A stretch of DNA of 64,000 nt from NCBI GenBank assembly GCA_038997355.1, contig JAWBAC010000001.1:4820-68819 (forward strand), read 5' to 3'. The notes under the pieces were generated by a model that was not told the origin of the DNA, did not search any database, and was given only the letters and a program-made list of their open reading frames with translations. Below, in pieces: positions 18,533 through 27,493 of this stretch (the stretch's first letter is position 1; each line of letters starts with the position of its first letter). The DNA is from Candidatus Aenigmatarchaeota archaeon (GTDB lineage: Archaea; Aenigmatarchaeota; Aenigmatarchaeia; CG10238-14; SpSt-28). A program made the translations under genes and the position numbers.

Positions 18533-18651
18533 TGCGGGGGTCGCCTAGCCTGGTCAAGGGCGGCGGGCTTAAGGTAAAACTTAAGCTTTGATATCGATGA
18601 TAAGATACCCGCTGGCTTAGTGCCGTCGTGGGTTCAAATCCCACCCCCCGC
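18533..18651 (+). tRNA. tRNA-Leu (anticodon TAA) with ~34-nt intron and long variable arm
   Basis: GCGGGGG/CCCCCGC acceptor. Anticodon stem GCGGG/CCCGC. Loop CTTAAG|intron|A. Variable arm TGGCTTAGTGCCGTCG. T-loop TTCAAAT. Confidence 0.8.
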
Positions 18652-18748
18652 AAGATTCTTATGAACTTTAAGTTTTGTTTTATTGTGTTTAATATGTTTA
18701 ACTTTTAAGAAAATATAAATATATTTTCTTTCATCTATAATATTCTCT

Positions 18749-18976
18749 ATGGTAAGGAAAGTTGGTCCTAGTGGAAGATTTGGAGCAAGATATGGAATGA
18801 AATTAAGAGAAAAGGTAGATGAAATTGAAAAAATCCAAAGAGCTACTCACATTTGTCCTAAATGCGGATTCAAAAAGTTAAAAAGGATTTCAACTGGCAT
18901 ATGGTATTGCAAAAAATGTAATACAAAAGTTGCATCTTCAGCATATTTTCCACCTGGAATGGAAATAAAAGTGTAA
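18749..18976 (+). CDS. rpl37ae: 50S ribosomal protein L37Ae (eL43)
   Basis: 75 aa. Zinc ribbon CPKCG...CKKC. N-terminal MVRKVGPSGRFGARYG is typical. Confidence 0.85.
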   Translation: MVRKVGPSGRFGARYGMKLREKVDEIEKIQRATHICPKCGFKKLKRISTGIWYCKKCNTKVASSAYFPPGMEIKV

Positions 18977-18977
18977 T

Positions 18978-19103
18978 ATGTACAGATGTATTAATTGCAA
19001 AAGAGTTTATGATAAACTTGAAAGATTAGTTTGCTTAAATTGCGGCGGAAGAATTTTTGAAAAGGTTAGACCACAAAAAATTATAAGAGTTCAAGCAAGA
19101 TGA
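18978..19103 (+). CDS. rpoP: DNA-directed RNA polymerase subunit P (RpoP/Rpb12 homolog)
   Basis: Not in ORF track (41 aa): MYRCINCKRVYDKLERLVCLNCGGRIFEKVRPQKIIRVQAR. CxxC...CxxCG zinc ribbon immediately after L37Ae, the conserved archaeal gene order. Stop overlaps the next ATG. Confidence 0.7.
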   Translation: MYRCINCKRVYDKLERLVCLNCGGRIFEKVRPQKIIRVQAR

Positions 19104-20197
19104 TTGTAGCAAAACAAGCATTAACAATTAACGAAAACGAAAGCGTAAAGAATGCAATAAAGTTTATGTTAAAAAATAATGTTAGAGATTTAATAGTTGT
19201 AAACGATAAGAACGAATATAGAGGCATCATAAGGCTAAGAGATTTAATAGCTGAAAAGAATCAAAACGAAAAAATCAAAAAGATTAAAAAAAGAGATTGT
19301 AAAGTTTATGAATTAAATGAACAACAAATTGCTAAAGTCATGCTACAAAACGATTGTTATTTAGCTGCATACTTAGATAAAGACAATAAAGTTCTTGGAA
19401 GCGTAAGCATAGATGATCTATTAGAAATAATTAAAGAAAGGTATGGAAATTTAAAAGTGGAAGAAATAGAATCTCAAAACGTAATAATATTAAACCATAA
19501 CGAAAGCATTTATAAAGCTATTAAAGTAATGGCTGAATATAAAATATCTCACATTCCTATAGTAAAAAATGGAAAACTATACGGAATTGTTTCATCAAAA
19601 GACATTTCAGAATTTTTATTAAAAAATGTAAAAGAGAGAGTAAGTCTTGGCGAGCTAATAGGTAAGAAGTTAAAAATTTTCGAAAATCCAATAGAATCTA
19701 TAGCAACGAAAAAAGTAATTACATATTCTAAAAATGAGAAAATTTCAAATATAATAAAGAAATTTTTATACTATAACATTTCCTGCTTAGTAAAAGAAGA
19801 TCTAAAAGGAATAGTAACCAAAAAAGATTTGTTAAAACTTTTGGTTACTGAAGAAAAATTAGGAATAGATGTTATTGTAAGCGGAATAGAAAATGTTCCA
19901 AGCTATTATAAAGAAAACTTAGATTATTACATTTCTAACTTCTTAAGAATAGCAAAAAAACTTTTTAACTCTGGATTTCTAAAAGTTCATATAGAAAAGC
20001 ATAGAGATATTTACTCGATTCACTTAGTTTTTAGCGATTATAAAAGAACGTATAGAGTTAGTAGAGAAAGAAGAGAGTTTCTAGATGTTTTACAAGAATG
20101 TTTTGATGCATTAAAAGAAAGTGTGCTAGAAGAACATGCAGAAATTTCTAAGAAAATTAGGGCACAAAAAATCTTAGAATATTTAAAAAACTTTTAG
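19100..20197 (+). CDS. CBS domain-containing protein (tandem CBS pairs)
   Basis: 365 aa with repeated CBS-like segments (e.g. ISHIPIVKNGKLYGIVSSKDI). Confidence 0.55.
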   Translation: MIVAKQALTINENESVKNAIKFMLKNNVRDLIVVNDKNEYRGIIRLRDLIAEKNQNEKIKKIKKRDCKVYELNEQQIAKVMLQNDCYLAAYLDKDNKVLGSVSIDDLLEIIKERYGNLKVEEIESQNVIILNHNESIYKAIKVMAEYKISHIPIVKNGKLYGIVSSKDISEFLLKNVKERVSLGELIGKKLKIFENPIESIATKKVITYSKNEKISNIIKKFLYYNISCLVKEDLKGIVTKKDLLKLLVTEEKLGIDVIVSGIENVPSYYKENLDYYISNFLRIAKKLFNSGFLKVHIEKHRDIYSIHLVFSDYKRTYRVSRERREFLDVLQECFDALKESVLEEHAEISKKIRAQKILEYLKNF

Positions 20198-20208
20198 AAT
20201 TAATATTT

Positions 20209-20730
20209 ATGAACAAAACGCAAATAACTGTATTGATTGCATTAGTAATCGCAATAATAAGCTTATTACTGGCTCTAATTCAAAAAGAAGAATTTATAGA
20301 TTTTACAAACTTAATTCAAACAATTCCATCTTTATCTACTTATGGTTATTCTAAAGTTGATAAAGTAGAAGTTTCTTTTTCTCCAGCAGCAATAGCATTA
20401 TATGCAAATTGTTATAGATTAATTGGGTATGTTGAAGATGTTCAAGCAAAATCTGTTTATAATGCTTTAAATAAAATAAGGGATTGGAGACCTAATACGC
20501 ATGATGTAACTATAGATATTTTTAAAGAATTCGGAATAAAAATTATTGATGTTAGAATCGAAAATGTAACAAATAATGCGTACATAGCAAAAATTTTTGT
20601 TATGCAAGGTAATAAAATCAGAGAGTTAGATATAAGACCTAGCGATGGAATTGCTTTAGCATTAAGATACGATGCACCAATTTACATAAGAAATGTATTA
20701 TTAGAAACTAATGGAGAAAAAGTTTGTTAA
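20209..20730 (+). CDS. membrane-anchored bifunctional nuclease (BFN/DUF151) domain protein
   Basis: 173 aa. N-terminal TM. C-terminal RPSDGIALALRYDAPIYI matches the BFN-domain motif (RPSDaiaLAlr..PI). Confidence 0.5.
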   Translation: MNKTQITVLIALVIAIISLLLALIQKEEFIDFTNLIQTIPSLSTYGYSKVDKVEVSFSPAAIALYANCYRLIGYVEDVQAKSVYNALNKIRDWRPNTHDVTIDIFKEFGIKIIDVRIENVTNNAYIAKIFVMQGNKIRELDIRPSDGIALALRYDAPIYIRNVLLETNGEKVC

Positions 20731-21314
20731 AGTTTTGAAACAAACTTGTTTCCTTTTATGTAAAATCTTAAGTTTTCATCTAAATCTCTTTTAACACCAA
20801 TTCTTTTTGATTCAATAATCTCAAAATCTTTGAAGTTAGAATTTGCAACATATAAATAACCTTTTTTGTAAACTTTTGTTCCATTCAAACTTTTATCTAT
20901 CTTTAATGCTTTTGTTAATTTTCCTGGACCATTAGTTAATTCTTTAATATTTTTAACTTTTCTATTCTCTAGCATAAATTCTATACCTTCTATTGGTTCA
21001 ACTGCCCTTATTAAAACAGCTCCAGCTCTGTTTCTTTCATGCGCTACAAAATTTAAAAGCCAGTTTGAATGTACCATATAAATTAAAGCTAGCCCAACAT
21101 CTCCATAAAGCATTTCTACAACATATCTTGGAAAACCTAAATATGCTCTACTTGCCGGATCTTCTTTTCCGTAATAGGCTTCAGTTTCTACTATCATACA
21201 AACTAATTTTTTACCATCTATTTCTCTAACTAAATATTTTCCTAATAAATCTTTAGCAACATCCTTTGCATCTCTTTCAAAAAATTTTTTACTCAATATT
21301 CTCATTTTTTGCAA
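20727..21314 (-). CDS. DNA-3-methyladenine glycosylase (Mpg/AAG family)
   Basis: 195 aa. IVETEAYYGKEDPASRAY is the AAG-family catalytic region. Confidence 0.75.
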   Translation of the reverse strand: MQKMRILSKKFFERDAKDVAKDLLGKYLVREIDGKKLVCMIVETEAYYGKEDPASRAYLGFPRYVVEMLYGDVGLALIYMVHSNWLLNFVAHERNRAGAVLIRAVEPIEGIEFMLENRKVKNIKELTNGPGKLTKALKIDKSLNGTKVYKKGYLYVANSNFKDFEIIESKRIGVKRDLDENLRFYIKGNKFVSKL

Positions 21315-21918
21315 AAATTATTACAACATCAATCAACTTTTTCTTTTTCTTGTGAAACCAAAAAGTTTTTGGCAACTCAAACTTTTTTTCTACAAACTTT
21401 AAAACACTAAAATTTCTCTTAGATAAAAAATCTGTAAAAAATTCTTTATTTTTTCCATTGGGATTTATAGAACAAATAAAATTTGAATTTTTAGTTGCAA
21501 AATCTAAAAATTCTAAATCTTTTATTTTTCCTTGAATTCCAAAAGGTGGATTCATAACAATTAAATCAAACTTTTTTCTAAACTTTATTTTTCTAACATC
21601 TGCAATCAAAAAATATATTTTAGATGTTTCAAATTTTTCTTTAATTTTTTCATAGTTTTCCTTAGCTATTCTAATTGCTTCTTTATCTATATCGAATGCG
21701 ACAACGAACTTAGGATTAAAAAAAGAAATTGCTATAGAAAATTTCGCAGTTCCACATGCAGGCTCTAAAACAATTTTATCTTCAACCAAATTCATTAAGT
21801 TTAATTCATTGACTATTTCTGCAATCAAATAGCTAGGAGTTTCATATTGCTCTAATTCTACTTTAGGATTTTCATAAGAACTTAATTCAGATATTATTTG
21901 CTCTATTTTTTTCTTCAT
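21289..21918 (-). CDS. class I SAM methyltransferase, METTL5/COG2263-like (predicted RNA m6A methylase)
   Basis: 209 aa. Motif I LEPACGTAKFSIA. NPPF-type motif IVMNPPFG. Confidence 0.55.
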   Translation of the reverse strand: MKKKIEQIISELSSYENPKVELEQYETPSYLIAEIVNELNLMNLVEDKIVLEPACGTAKFSIAISFFNPKFVVAFDIDKEAIRIAKENYEKIKEKFETSKIYFLIADVRKIKFRKKFDLIVMNPPFGIQGKIKDLEFLDFATKNSNFICSINPNGKNKEFFTDFLSKRNFSVLKFVEKKFELPKTFWFHKKKKKLIDVVIIFAKNENIE

Positions 21919-22855
21919 AAATTGATTGTTTTATTATCGAATAGTTTAATATTGGAATTTTGTATCTTTCTAAATCATCTGGAAAAATTCTAGGACACGC
22001 AACATTAACTAAAAAATCTACATTAATTCCTTCTAATTTTTCTGGCAAGATTTCATCGAAAGCAAAAATATAAACTTCTTTTCCTAAGCTTTCTAATTCT
22101 TTTTTTACTTTGAAAACATCGAAAAATATTTGACCTTTTTTCCAGCTAACTAATATTCCAACTTTTTTTGCCTCCTTAAACTTTATTAAATTCCATGCAA
22201 TTATTTTTTCATATTTTTTTCTTAGCTCAGAAATATCTTTTATTTCATTTTTTTCTATGTCGATATAAATTATTGGTTTGTCTTTTATTTCTATCAATAA
22301 ACCTAGAGGATAAAAAAATCCTTCAGAAATTATTATTATTGCTTCTGCTTCGCTAACTCTTGCAGCTGAAACATTGCAACCTAGAATTTGACCTTCATAC
22401 TCTAATACTTTTTTCGTATAAACTTTTTTTCCTAAACTTTCTAAAAACTCTTTTAAAATTTTTAAATATTTCACATATTGCAAAGAAGAAACTAAAGCAT
22501 AGCTATTATGAATAAACTTTTCTTTATTTTTTTCTAATAAATCCTTGAAATCTTCTTTTGGTTCAAAAATCCAATGAATATAAAATGTTGGTAAAGAAGT
22601 TTTTACTCCAAAATTTGCATGCCCAATATGAACTATTGCATCGCAACCAAATCTCTTTGCTTCATCGTCTCTAACATCACAAGCTCCATAAGTTGGTTCT
22701 AAAGAAAATATAACTTCAAAACCTTCTTTTTCAAATTCGTTCTTAATCTTTTCTATTTCGCTTTTTAATCCTTCAGCTATTTGTATAAATATCTTTTTGA
22801 AGTTTTGAGATTTCAATTCTCTAAGTATTTCTATCATTTCATTTTTATTTTCCAT
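21887..22855 (-). CDS. dph2: 2-(3-amino-3-carboxypropyl)histidine synthase Dph2 (diphthamide biosynthesis)
   Basis: 322 aa. Matches archaeal Dph2 layout, with conserved Cys residues in three sub-domains. Confidence 0.75.
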   Translation of the reverse strand: MENKNEMIEILRELKSQNFKKIFIQIAEGLKSEIEKIKNEFEKEGFEVIFSLEPTYGACDVRDDEAKRFGCDAIVHIGHANFGVKTSLPTFYIHWIFEPKEDFKDLLEKNKEKFIHNSYALVSSLQYVKYLKILKEFLESLGKKVYTKKVLEYEGQILGCNVSAARVSEAEAIIIISEGFFYPLGLLIEIKDKPIIYIDIEKNEIKDISELRKKYEKIIAWNLIKFKEAKKVGILVSWKKGQIFFDVFKVKKELESLGKEVYIFAFDEILPEKLEGINVDFLVNVACPRIFPDDLERYKIPILNYSIIKQSIYEEKNRANNI

Positions 22856-22958
22856 ACAAATTAAACAATCAAAATTTTTAATAAACTATAGTAAAATCTT
22901 ATTAACATTAATATTAATCGATAAAGTATATATACCATAGTAAGTTATTTATAATTTT

Positions 22959-23693
22959 ATGACCACTAAAAAGGGTGTAAAATTAATATTGGATGTAAAT
23001 TTGTTGGTTGGAGCACTTTATTCAATTACAAAAGATGGAGAAGAGAAAAATGAATTTGAAGAAGGTTTTAATAAAGTAGGATTGTTAAAAGAATTATTCG
23101 AAGAAAAATATGGAGTCCATACAAAAATAATAGTCAGAGAAAGAGATTTAGAAAGAGCATACGAAATTCTAAAAGGAAGTAAAGAATACTCTTCGAAACT
23201 TTCTCAAGAAAAAATTAAAGTTTTGGAAAAGTATCTTTCAAAAAGAAAATTTAGTGGAGATGAGAATGGTTACTCAATTTCTATCAATGGAATAAATATA
23301 TATGTAGTAAGGAGTAATAAAGAAGATAGATACGTAGAAGAGTTATATAAAAAACATCCTGAATACGTAAAAATTGTAGAAGGATTAAAAAAAAATAGGT
23401 ACATAGATGGAGGAGATGTAGATTTAATGAAGTTTGTAATAGCCTTTTCTGCAAAACATAATGGAAAAAATTATTACATCTTATTGACTTTAGATGAACG
23501 AATATTAAAAGAACGTACAAACATTTGTAGAGTATTGAATAAAGAGAATAAGATATTCATTTCAACTCCAGAAAATCTTTTATACTCTTTAAAGATAGAC
23601 AAAGGAGATTATAAAAATTTAGAAGAATCATTAAGATTAAACTCTATAATCTACTTTTTTAACTCCGAAAACAAAAATAAAAAGAATAAATAA
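22959..23693 (+). CDS. hypothetical protein, possible PIN-like fold
   Basis: 244 aa. N-terminal LILDVNLLVGAL and distal LLTLDERI resemble the first and last PIN acidic motifs. Weak. Confidence 0.3.
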   Translation: MTTKKGVKLILDVNLLVGALYSITKDGEEKNEFEEGFNKVGLLKELFEEKYGVHTKIIVRERDLERAYEILKGSKEYSSKLSQEKIKVLEKYLSKRKFSGDENGYSISINGINIYVVRSNKEDRYVEELYKKHPEYVKIVEGLKKNRYIDGGDVDLMKFVIAFSAKHNGKNYYILLTLDERILKERTNICRVLNKENKIFISTPENLLYSLKIDKGDYKNLEESLRLNSIIYFFNSENKNKKNK

Positions 23694-23713
23694 GTAGTAT
23701 TTAATAGAAGTAC

Positions 23714-24604
23714 ATGAGAAAAATTGCATATGATAAACCAATAGATATAAACGAAATAGGAAAATCAACAGCAATCAAAATTTTAAATGATATTCCTGGA
23801 CCAGTTTACGTAGAAGAAAAAGTAGATGGAGAATTACACGATACAATAACTGCCTGTATCGAGAAAAACAAATATCTTCTTATCTGCTTTTTTGGTGAAA
23901 AAATGCTAACTAAAGATGTTCACATACTAACTTATAAAATTCCTGCTAAAAGATTAGTTTTTGATATAGCTATCTTTTCTGAGAATTTAGATAATCCCTA
24001 TTATCTTAAACCAGAAAAAGCCGCTTTACTTACATTTTTAACTGGACAAAAGTTTGTTCCAATAGATAAAAAATTCAACAGCGGAAAAGAAGTTTCGATA
24101 GAAATTTTGGAAGTTCTTCTATATATGAACTCTAATTTCGAAACCTTTATAAATCCAAAACTCTTTGAAAAAAATAAAGAAACATTTAACAAACTTTTTA
24201 ACGAAGCTTATAATAATAGAGAAGGTATTGTAATTAAAGTCTATGAAAAACCAGAAAAGCCAATATTTATAAAATATGTTAGAGACGAGTTTGAAGAAGC
24301 AAAAAGAATATTCCCTAGAGAAAAATATCCATATCCGTATTTTTATTCAGAAAACATTATAACTCCTTACGACTATGAAAAATTTGTAAAGTATTGGAAA
24401 AATATATTTAAAACTTTAGGTATCTATGAAGAAGCTACAAAAATAGCTGAAAAATTGGGAGGCATGAAAAAAATTTACGAACAGTATCTAGAGAATTATA
24501 ACTTAGAAGAAGTGGAAGAAATTTTTTCTAATTTAAATCCTGAAATAAAAAATTTGCTTGACAAAATACTAAATAAGATTTTTAATAAAATAGAAAAATT
24601 ATAA
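23714..24604 (+). CDS. covalent nucleotidyltransferase superfamily protein (ATP-dependent RNA/DNA ligase-like), uncharacterised small family
   Basis: 296 aa. Motif I VEEKVDGEL (KxDG). Motif III LVFDIAIF. Motif IV REGIVIKV (EGhhhK). Motif V IFIKYVR. Spacing matches the ligase/capping-enzyme NTase domain. Helical C-terminus. Confidence 0.5.
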   Translation: MRKIAYDKPIDINEIGKSTAIKILNDIPGPVYVEEKVDGELHDTITACIEKNKYLLICFFGEKMLTKDVHILTYKIPAKRLVFDIAIFSENLDNPYYLKPEKAALLTFLTGQKFVPIDKKFNSGKEVSIEILEVLLYMNSNFETFINPKLFEKNKETFNKLFNEAYNNREGIVIKVYEKPEKPIFIKYVRDEFEEAKRIFPREKYPYPYFYSENIITPYDYEKFVKYWKNIFKTLGIYEEATKIAEKLGGMKKIYEQYLENYNLEEVEEIFSNLNPEIKNLLDKILNKIFNKIEKL

Positions 24605-25276
24605 TTGTTTAAGCTTTCCTATTATTTCGCTTGCAACTTTTTCTGGTTCTTTATTTGCCCAAACTTCTATAAATCTTATTCCTCTTTTTCTTAAATATTC
24701 TTCTACAGGCTTTGATTGTTGATAATAAACTTTTAATCTCTCTCTAACAACTTCTGGCTTATCATCTTCTCTTTGAATTAATGGAGAACCACATTTATCG
24801 CATTTCATATCTTCTTTTGGTAATATAGCTGGTAAATAATAGTGAATTCCATCTATTGTTTTGTCTATAAAGGTAACATTGTAATTTCCATCGCATTTAG
24901 GATTGCTACATATTCTTCTTCCAGAAATTTTCTCTATCAATATTTCGTCATGAATGTTAATTTTTATTACTGCATCTATTTTTGTATAACTTAATAACCA
25001 TTCTGCTTGTTTAACTGTTCGAGGAAAACCATCTAAGATATAATTGTCTTTCTTTTCATCTAAGATTTTCTTAACAACCTCTATAACAATTTCATCAGGA
25101 ACTAATAAACCTTGCTTAACATATGTTTCAACTTTTTTACCTAATTCTGTTTGATTTTTTATTTCGGCTCTAAAGAAATCCCCAGTAGATATTTTTTCTA
25201 TTCCCATTTTTTCTCTTAACATTGCTGAATATGTTCCTTTACCGCTTCCAGGTGGACCAAATATTATTAGCCTCAT
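24599..25276 (-). CDS. adk: adenylate kinase (long form with Zn-binding lid)
   Basis: 225 aa. P-loop GPPGSGKGT. Lid CSNPKCDGNYN...CDKCGS. Confidence 0.85.
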   Translation of the reverse strand: MRLIIFGPPGSGKGTYSAMLREKMGIEKISTGDFFRAEIKNQTELGKKVETYVKQGLLVPDEIVIEVVKKILDEKKDNYILDGFPRTVKQAEWLLSYTKIDAVIKINIHDEILIEKISGRRICSNPKCDGNYNVTFIDKTIDGIHYYLPAILPKEDMKCDKCGSPLIQREDDKPEVVRERLKVYYQQSKPVEEYLRKRGIRFIEVWANKEPEKVASEIIGKLKQL

Positions 25277-25310
25277 AAATAGTGAAATAAATTATTAATA
25301 AAAATTTTTA

Positions 25311-25880
25311 ATGATAATTTTAGGTGTTTGTGGTTATGCAGCTAGTGGCAAATCAGAAGTTTCTAATTATTTAAAAGAAAAGTATAATTTTGAAGTATTT
25401 GAATTTTCAGATATAATAGAAGAAGAAGCAAAAAAATTAGGATTAATTTCAGAGAATTTAAATCTTGAAGAGAAAAAGAGAAAGTTAAGTGAAGTAGGAA
25501 AAATAATAAGAGAAAAATTTGGTAGAAAAGATATATTTGCAATAAAAATAATTGAAAAAATAAAAGAAAAGAATTTAGAAAAAGTTGTTGTTAGTGGAAT
25601 AAGAAGCTTAGATGAATATTTTGCATTCAAAAACGCTTTTGGAAAAAACTTTTATTTAATTTTTTTAGATGTTGATGCAAAAATAAGATATGAAAGAAGA
25701 AAACTTCAAGATAAGAGTTTTAATTTAAGTTTTGAAGAATTTTTAGAAAGAGATAAAAGAGATGAAAAAGAATTAAACCTTAAAGAATTAAAAGACTTAT
25801 CAGATTTCATTATAGAAAATAATTCTAGCTTAGAAGATTTGTATAAAAAAATCGATTTAATAATTTCTTCTCTAATTTAA
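25311..25880 (+). CDS. P-loop nucleotide kinase, UPF0200/dephospho-CoA-kinase-like family
   Basis: 189 aa. MIILGVCGYAASGKSEVSNYL is a Walker A motif. Overall pattern matches archaeal UPF0200 proteins. Confidence 0.5.
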   Translation: MIILGVCGYAASGKSEVSNYLKEKYNFEVFEFSDIIEEEAKKLGLISENLNLEEKKRKLSEVGKIIREKFGRKDIFAIKIIEKIKEKNLEKVVVSGIRSLDEYFAFKNAFGKNFYLIFLDVDAKIRYERRKLQDKSFNLSFEEFLERDKRDEKELNLKELKDLSDFIIENNSSLEDLYKKIDLIISSLI

Positions 25881-25884
25881 ATTA

Positions 25885-25937
25885 TAGATGAAGACACGAC
25901 GGTCAACTGAAAGATGAAGAAGGGTGTCGAATTCTGA
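25885..25937 (+). ncRNA. box C/D sRNA candidate
   Basis: C box ATGAAGA (25888-94). 12-nt guide CACGACGGTCAA. D' box CTGA (25907-10). C' box ATGAAGA (25914-20). 13-nt guide AGGGTGTCGAATT. D box CTGA (25934-37). Lies in an intergenic gap. Confidence 0.5.
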
Positions 25938-26243
25938 TCACTTATTTTCCTCAGCCTCTAATAACATTTTACAAGCTAATATGTGGCTACATTCTTCTTT
26001 TTTTAACGAAAACCACTTACAATCGCAACTAAATTCATCTTTAATTTTATCGTAAATTACATAATGAATATCTTCATAACCTTTAACTGTAAAATGTATC
26101 CTTAATTCATTTTCAAAATCTTTAGTGACTCTGCCTTCTCTTAACAATCTTCTTGCTTTAATCTTCTTCCAAGCATATCTTATTCCCATAAAAAGATTAT
26201 TCGATTCTCTCAAATTGATATATAACTCTTTTTTTAAACACAT
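25938..26243 (-). CDS. SWIM-type zinc finger protein
   Basis: 101 aa. CDCKWFSLKKEECSHILAC fits the CxC...CxH SWIM signature. Confidence 0.45.
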   Translation of the reverse strand: MCLKKELYINLRESNNLFMGIRYAWKKIKARRLLREGRVTKDFENELRIHFTVKGYEDIHYVIYDKIKDEFSCDCKWFSLKKEECSHILACKMLLEAEENK

Positions 26244-26808
26244 CTAAATAAATTTTTTCTAAATACCATTCTCCAGAACCTTTTAAAAATATTAATGTTA
26301 GAGATAAATCCTCTTCTAGGGGTATTGTTGAAGAACATTCAGTATATATAAACAAACTTCTTTTTATAATTCTTGCTATCTCTTCTCTAATTTCTTTTCC
26401 TTCTCTAGCAGTTTTTGATGCACCATATTCTGTGACTATGTCAGCTACTCTATCTCTAAACGGCAACATTCTTGCATCAGCAATAACAAAATCAAAATAT
26501 ACTTCTAATCCCTTTTTTCTAAAATCTTCTGGTAATTTAGGTTCATTATACAAATCTACACCTATATACCAAATATTTCTTCTTTCATTTTTAAACCTAT
26601 AAAAGGTTTGTCTCAAATTTTGCTCAATTGATATTTCATCTCCACAACCAACATCAATCCAAGTTATTTTTTGCTTACTTAAATTATTAGAATATTCAAT
26701 AGCTTTGTCGCTAGCAAGATCATATCTTGCATGATATGATGAAAGTCTTATTTTTCCTTTTGGAAATTCATTAAATTCTGTGGTCATAATTAGTATGAAT
26801 ATACACAC
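26197..26808 (-). CDS. class I SAM-dependent methyltransferase-like protein
   Basis: 203 aa. WIDVGCGDE (motif I), YIGVDL (post I), FDFVIADARML (motif II). Overlaps the SWIM ORF by 47 nt in another frame. Confidence 0.4.
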   Translation of the reverse strand: MCIFILIMTTEFNEFPKGKIRLSSYHARYDLASDKAIEYSNNLSKQKITWIDVGCGDEISIEQNLRQTFYRFKNERRNIWYIGVDLYNEPKLPEDFRKKGLEVYFDFVIADARMLPFRDRVADIVTEYGASKTAREGKEIREEIARIIKRSLFIYTECSSTIPLEEDLSLTLIFLKGSGEWYLEKIYLDVFKKRVIYQFERIE

Positions 26809-26852
26809 TTAGGAAATAGTTTTTAAGAGTTACAAACAATGTTAAAAATCGA

Positions 26853-27392
26853 TTAATAATTATCAAATTTTAATCTTAATTTTTCTGAACTCATCGAATC
26901 TTCTTTGAATAGTAATCTAAATAGATAACCTCTTTCCAACATATTTAATTCTTTTTTAATTTCTTTCTTATCTTCATCTACTATTATTTTTAAATATATT
27001 CCTTTCTCTAGAGCAGAATATAAAGGTTTGAAACTTCTTTTTAATTCTTTGTTAAAGTATTCTGCTTCTTCCGGAGAAAGTCTTTCTTCATTTATTATTT
27101 CAGATAAAGATATCAAAGTTTTCGCAGTTTTTTCTATTACTTTATCAACGTCGATATACTTCTTAACACATAATATACCGACATAAAAATTACAATTGTT
27201 TTCCTTACCTACACAATAAATTAGTTTGTTGAAATTTAATTCCGCAAATTCTGACTTATAAACAGCTTCGGATGAATACACTAATTTAACATTTCCAAAT
27301 TTCTCTTTTAATTCCGATGTTAATATCTCTTCTAACTTATTGGAATTATCTAGATTGTATATTTTTTCTGTTAATTCTTTTATATCTATCAT
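26853..27392 (-). CDS. hypothetical protein
   Basis: 179-aa ORF, first gene of a three-gene minus-strand cluster. No motif recognised. Confidence 0.3.
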   Translation of the reverse strand: MIDIKELTEKIYNLDNSNKLEEILTSELKEKFGNVKLVYSSEAVYKSEFAELNFNKLIYCVGKENNCNFYVGILCVKKYIDVDKVIEKTAKTLISLSEIINEERLSPEEAEYFNKELKRSFKPLYSALEKGIYLKIIVDEDKKEIKKELNMLERGYLFRLLFKEDSMSSEKLRLKFDNY

Positions 27393-27493
27393 AAAGTATT
27401 TTATTTAAAATAAATTTTAAACTAAAAAAGTAAGGGTGTAAATCTTTAGGTTCGGTTGATATAAGGAGAGAAGGATTCGGAAAATTTTCTGAC

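Noticed and set aside
24001-25630. Small antisense ORFs (24001..24192 and 25367..25630)
   Set aside because: Each is embedded antisense in a well-supported gene (ligase-like ORF; UPF0200 kinase). No independent support.
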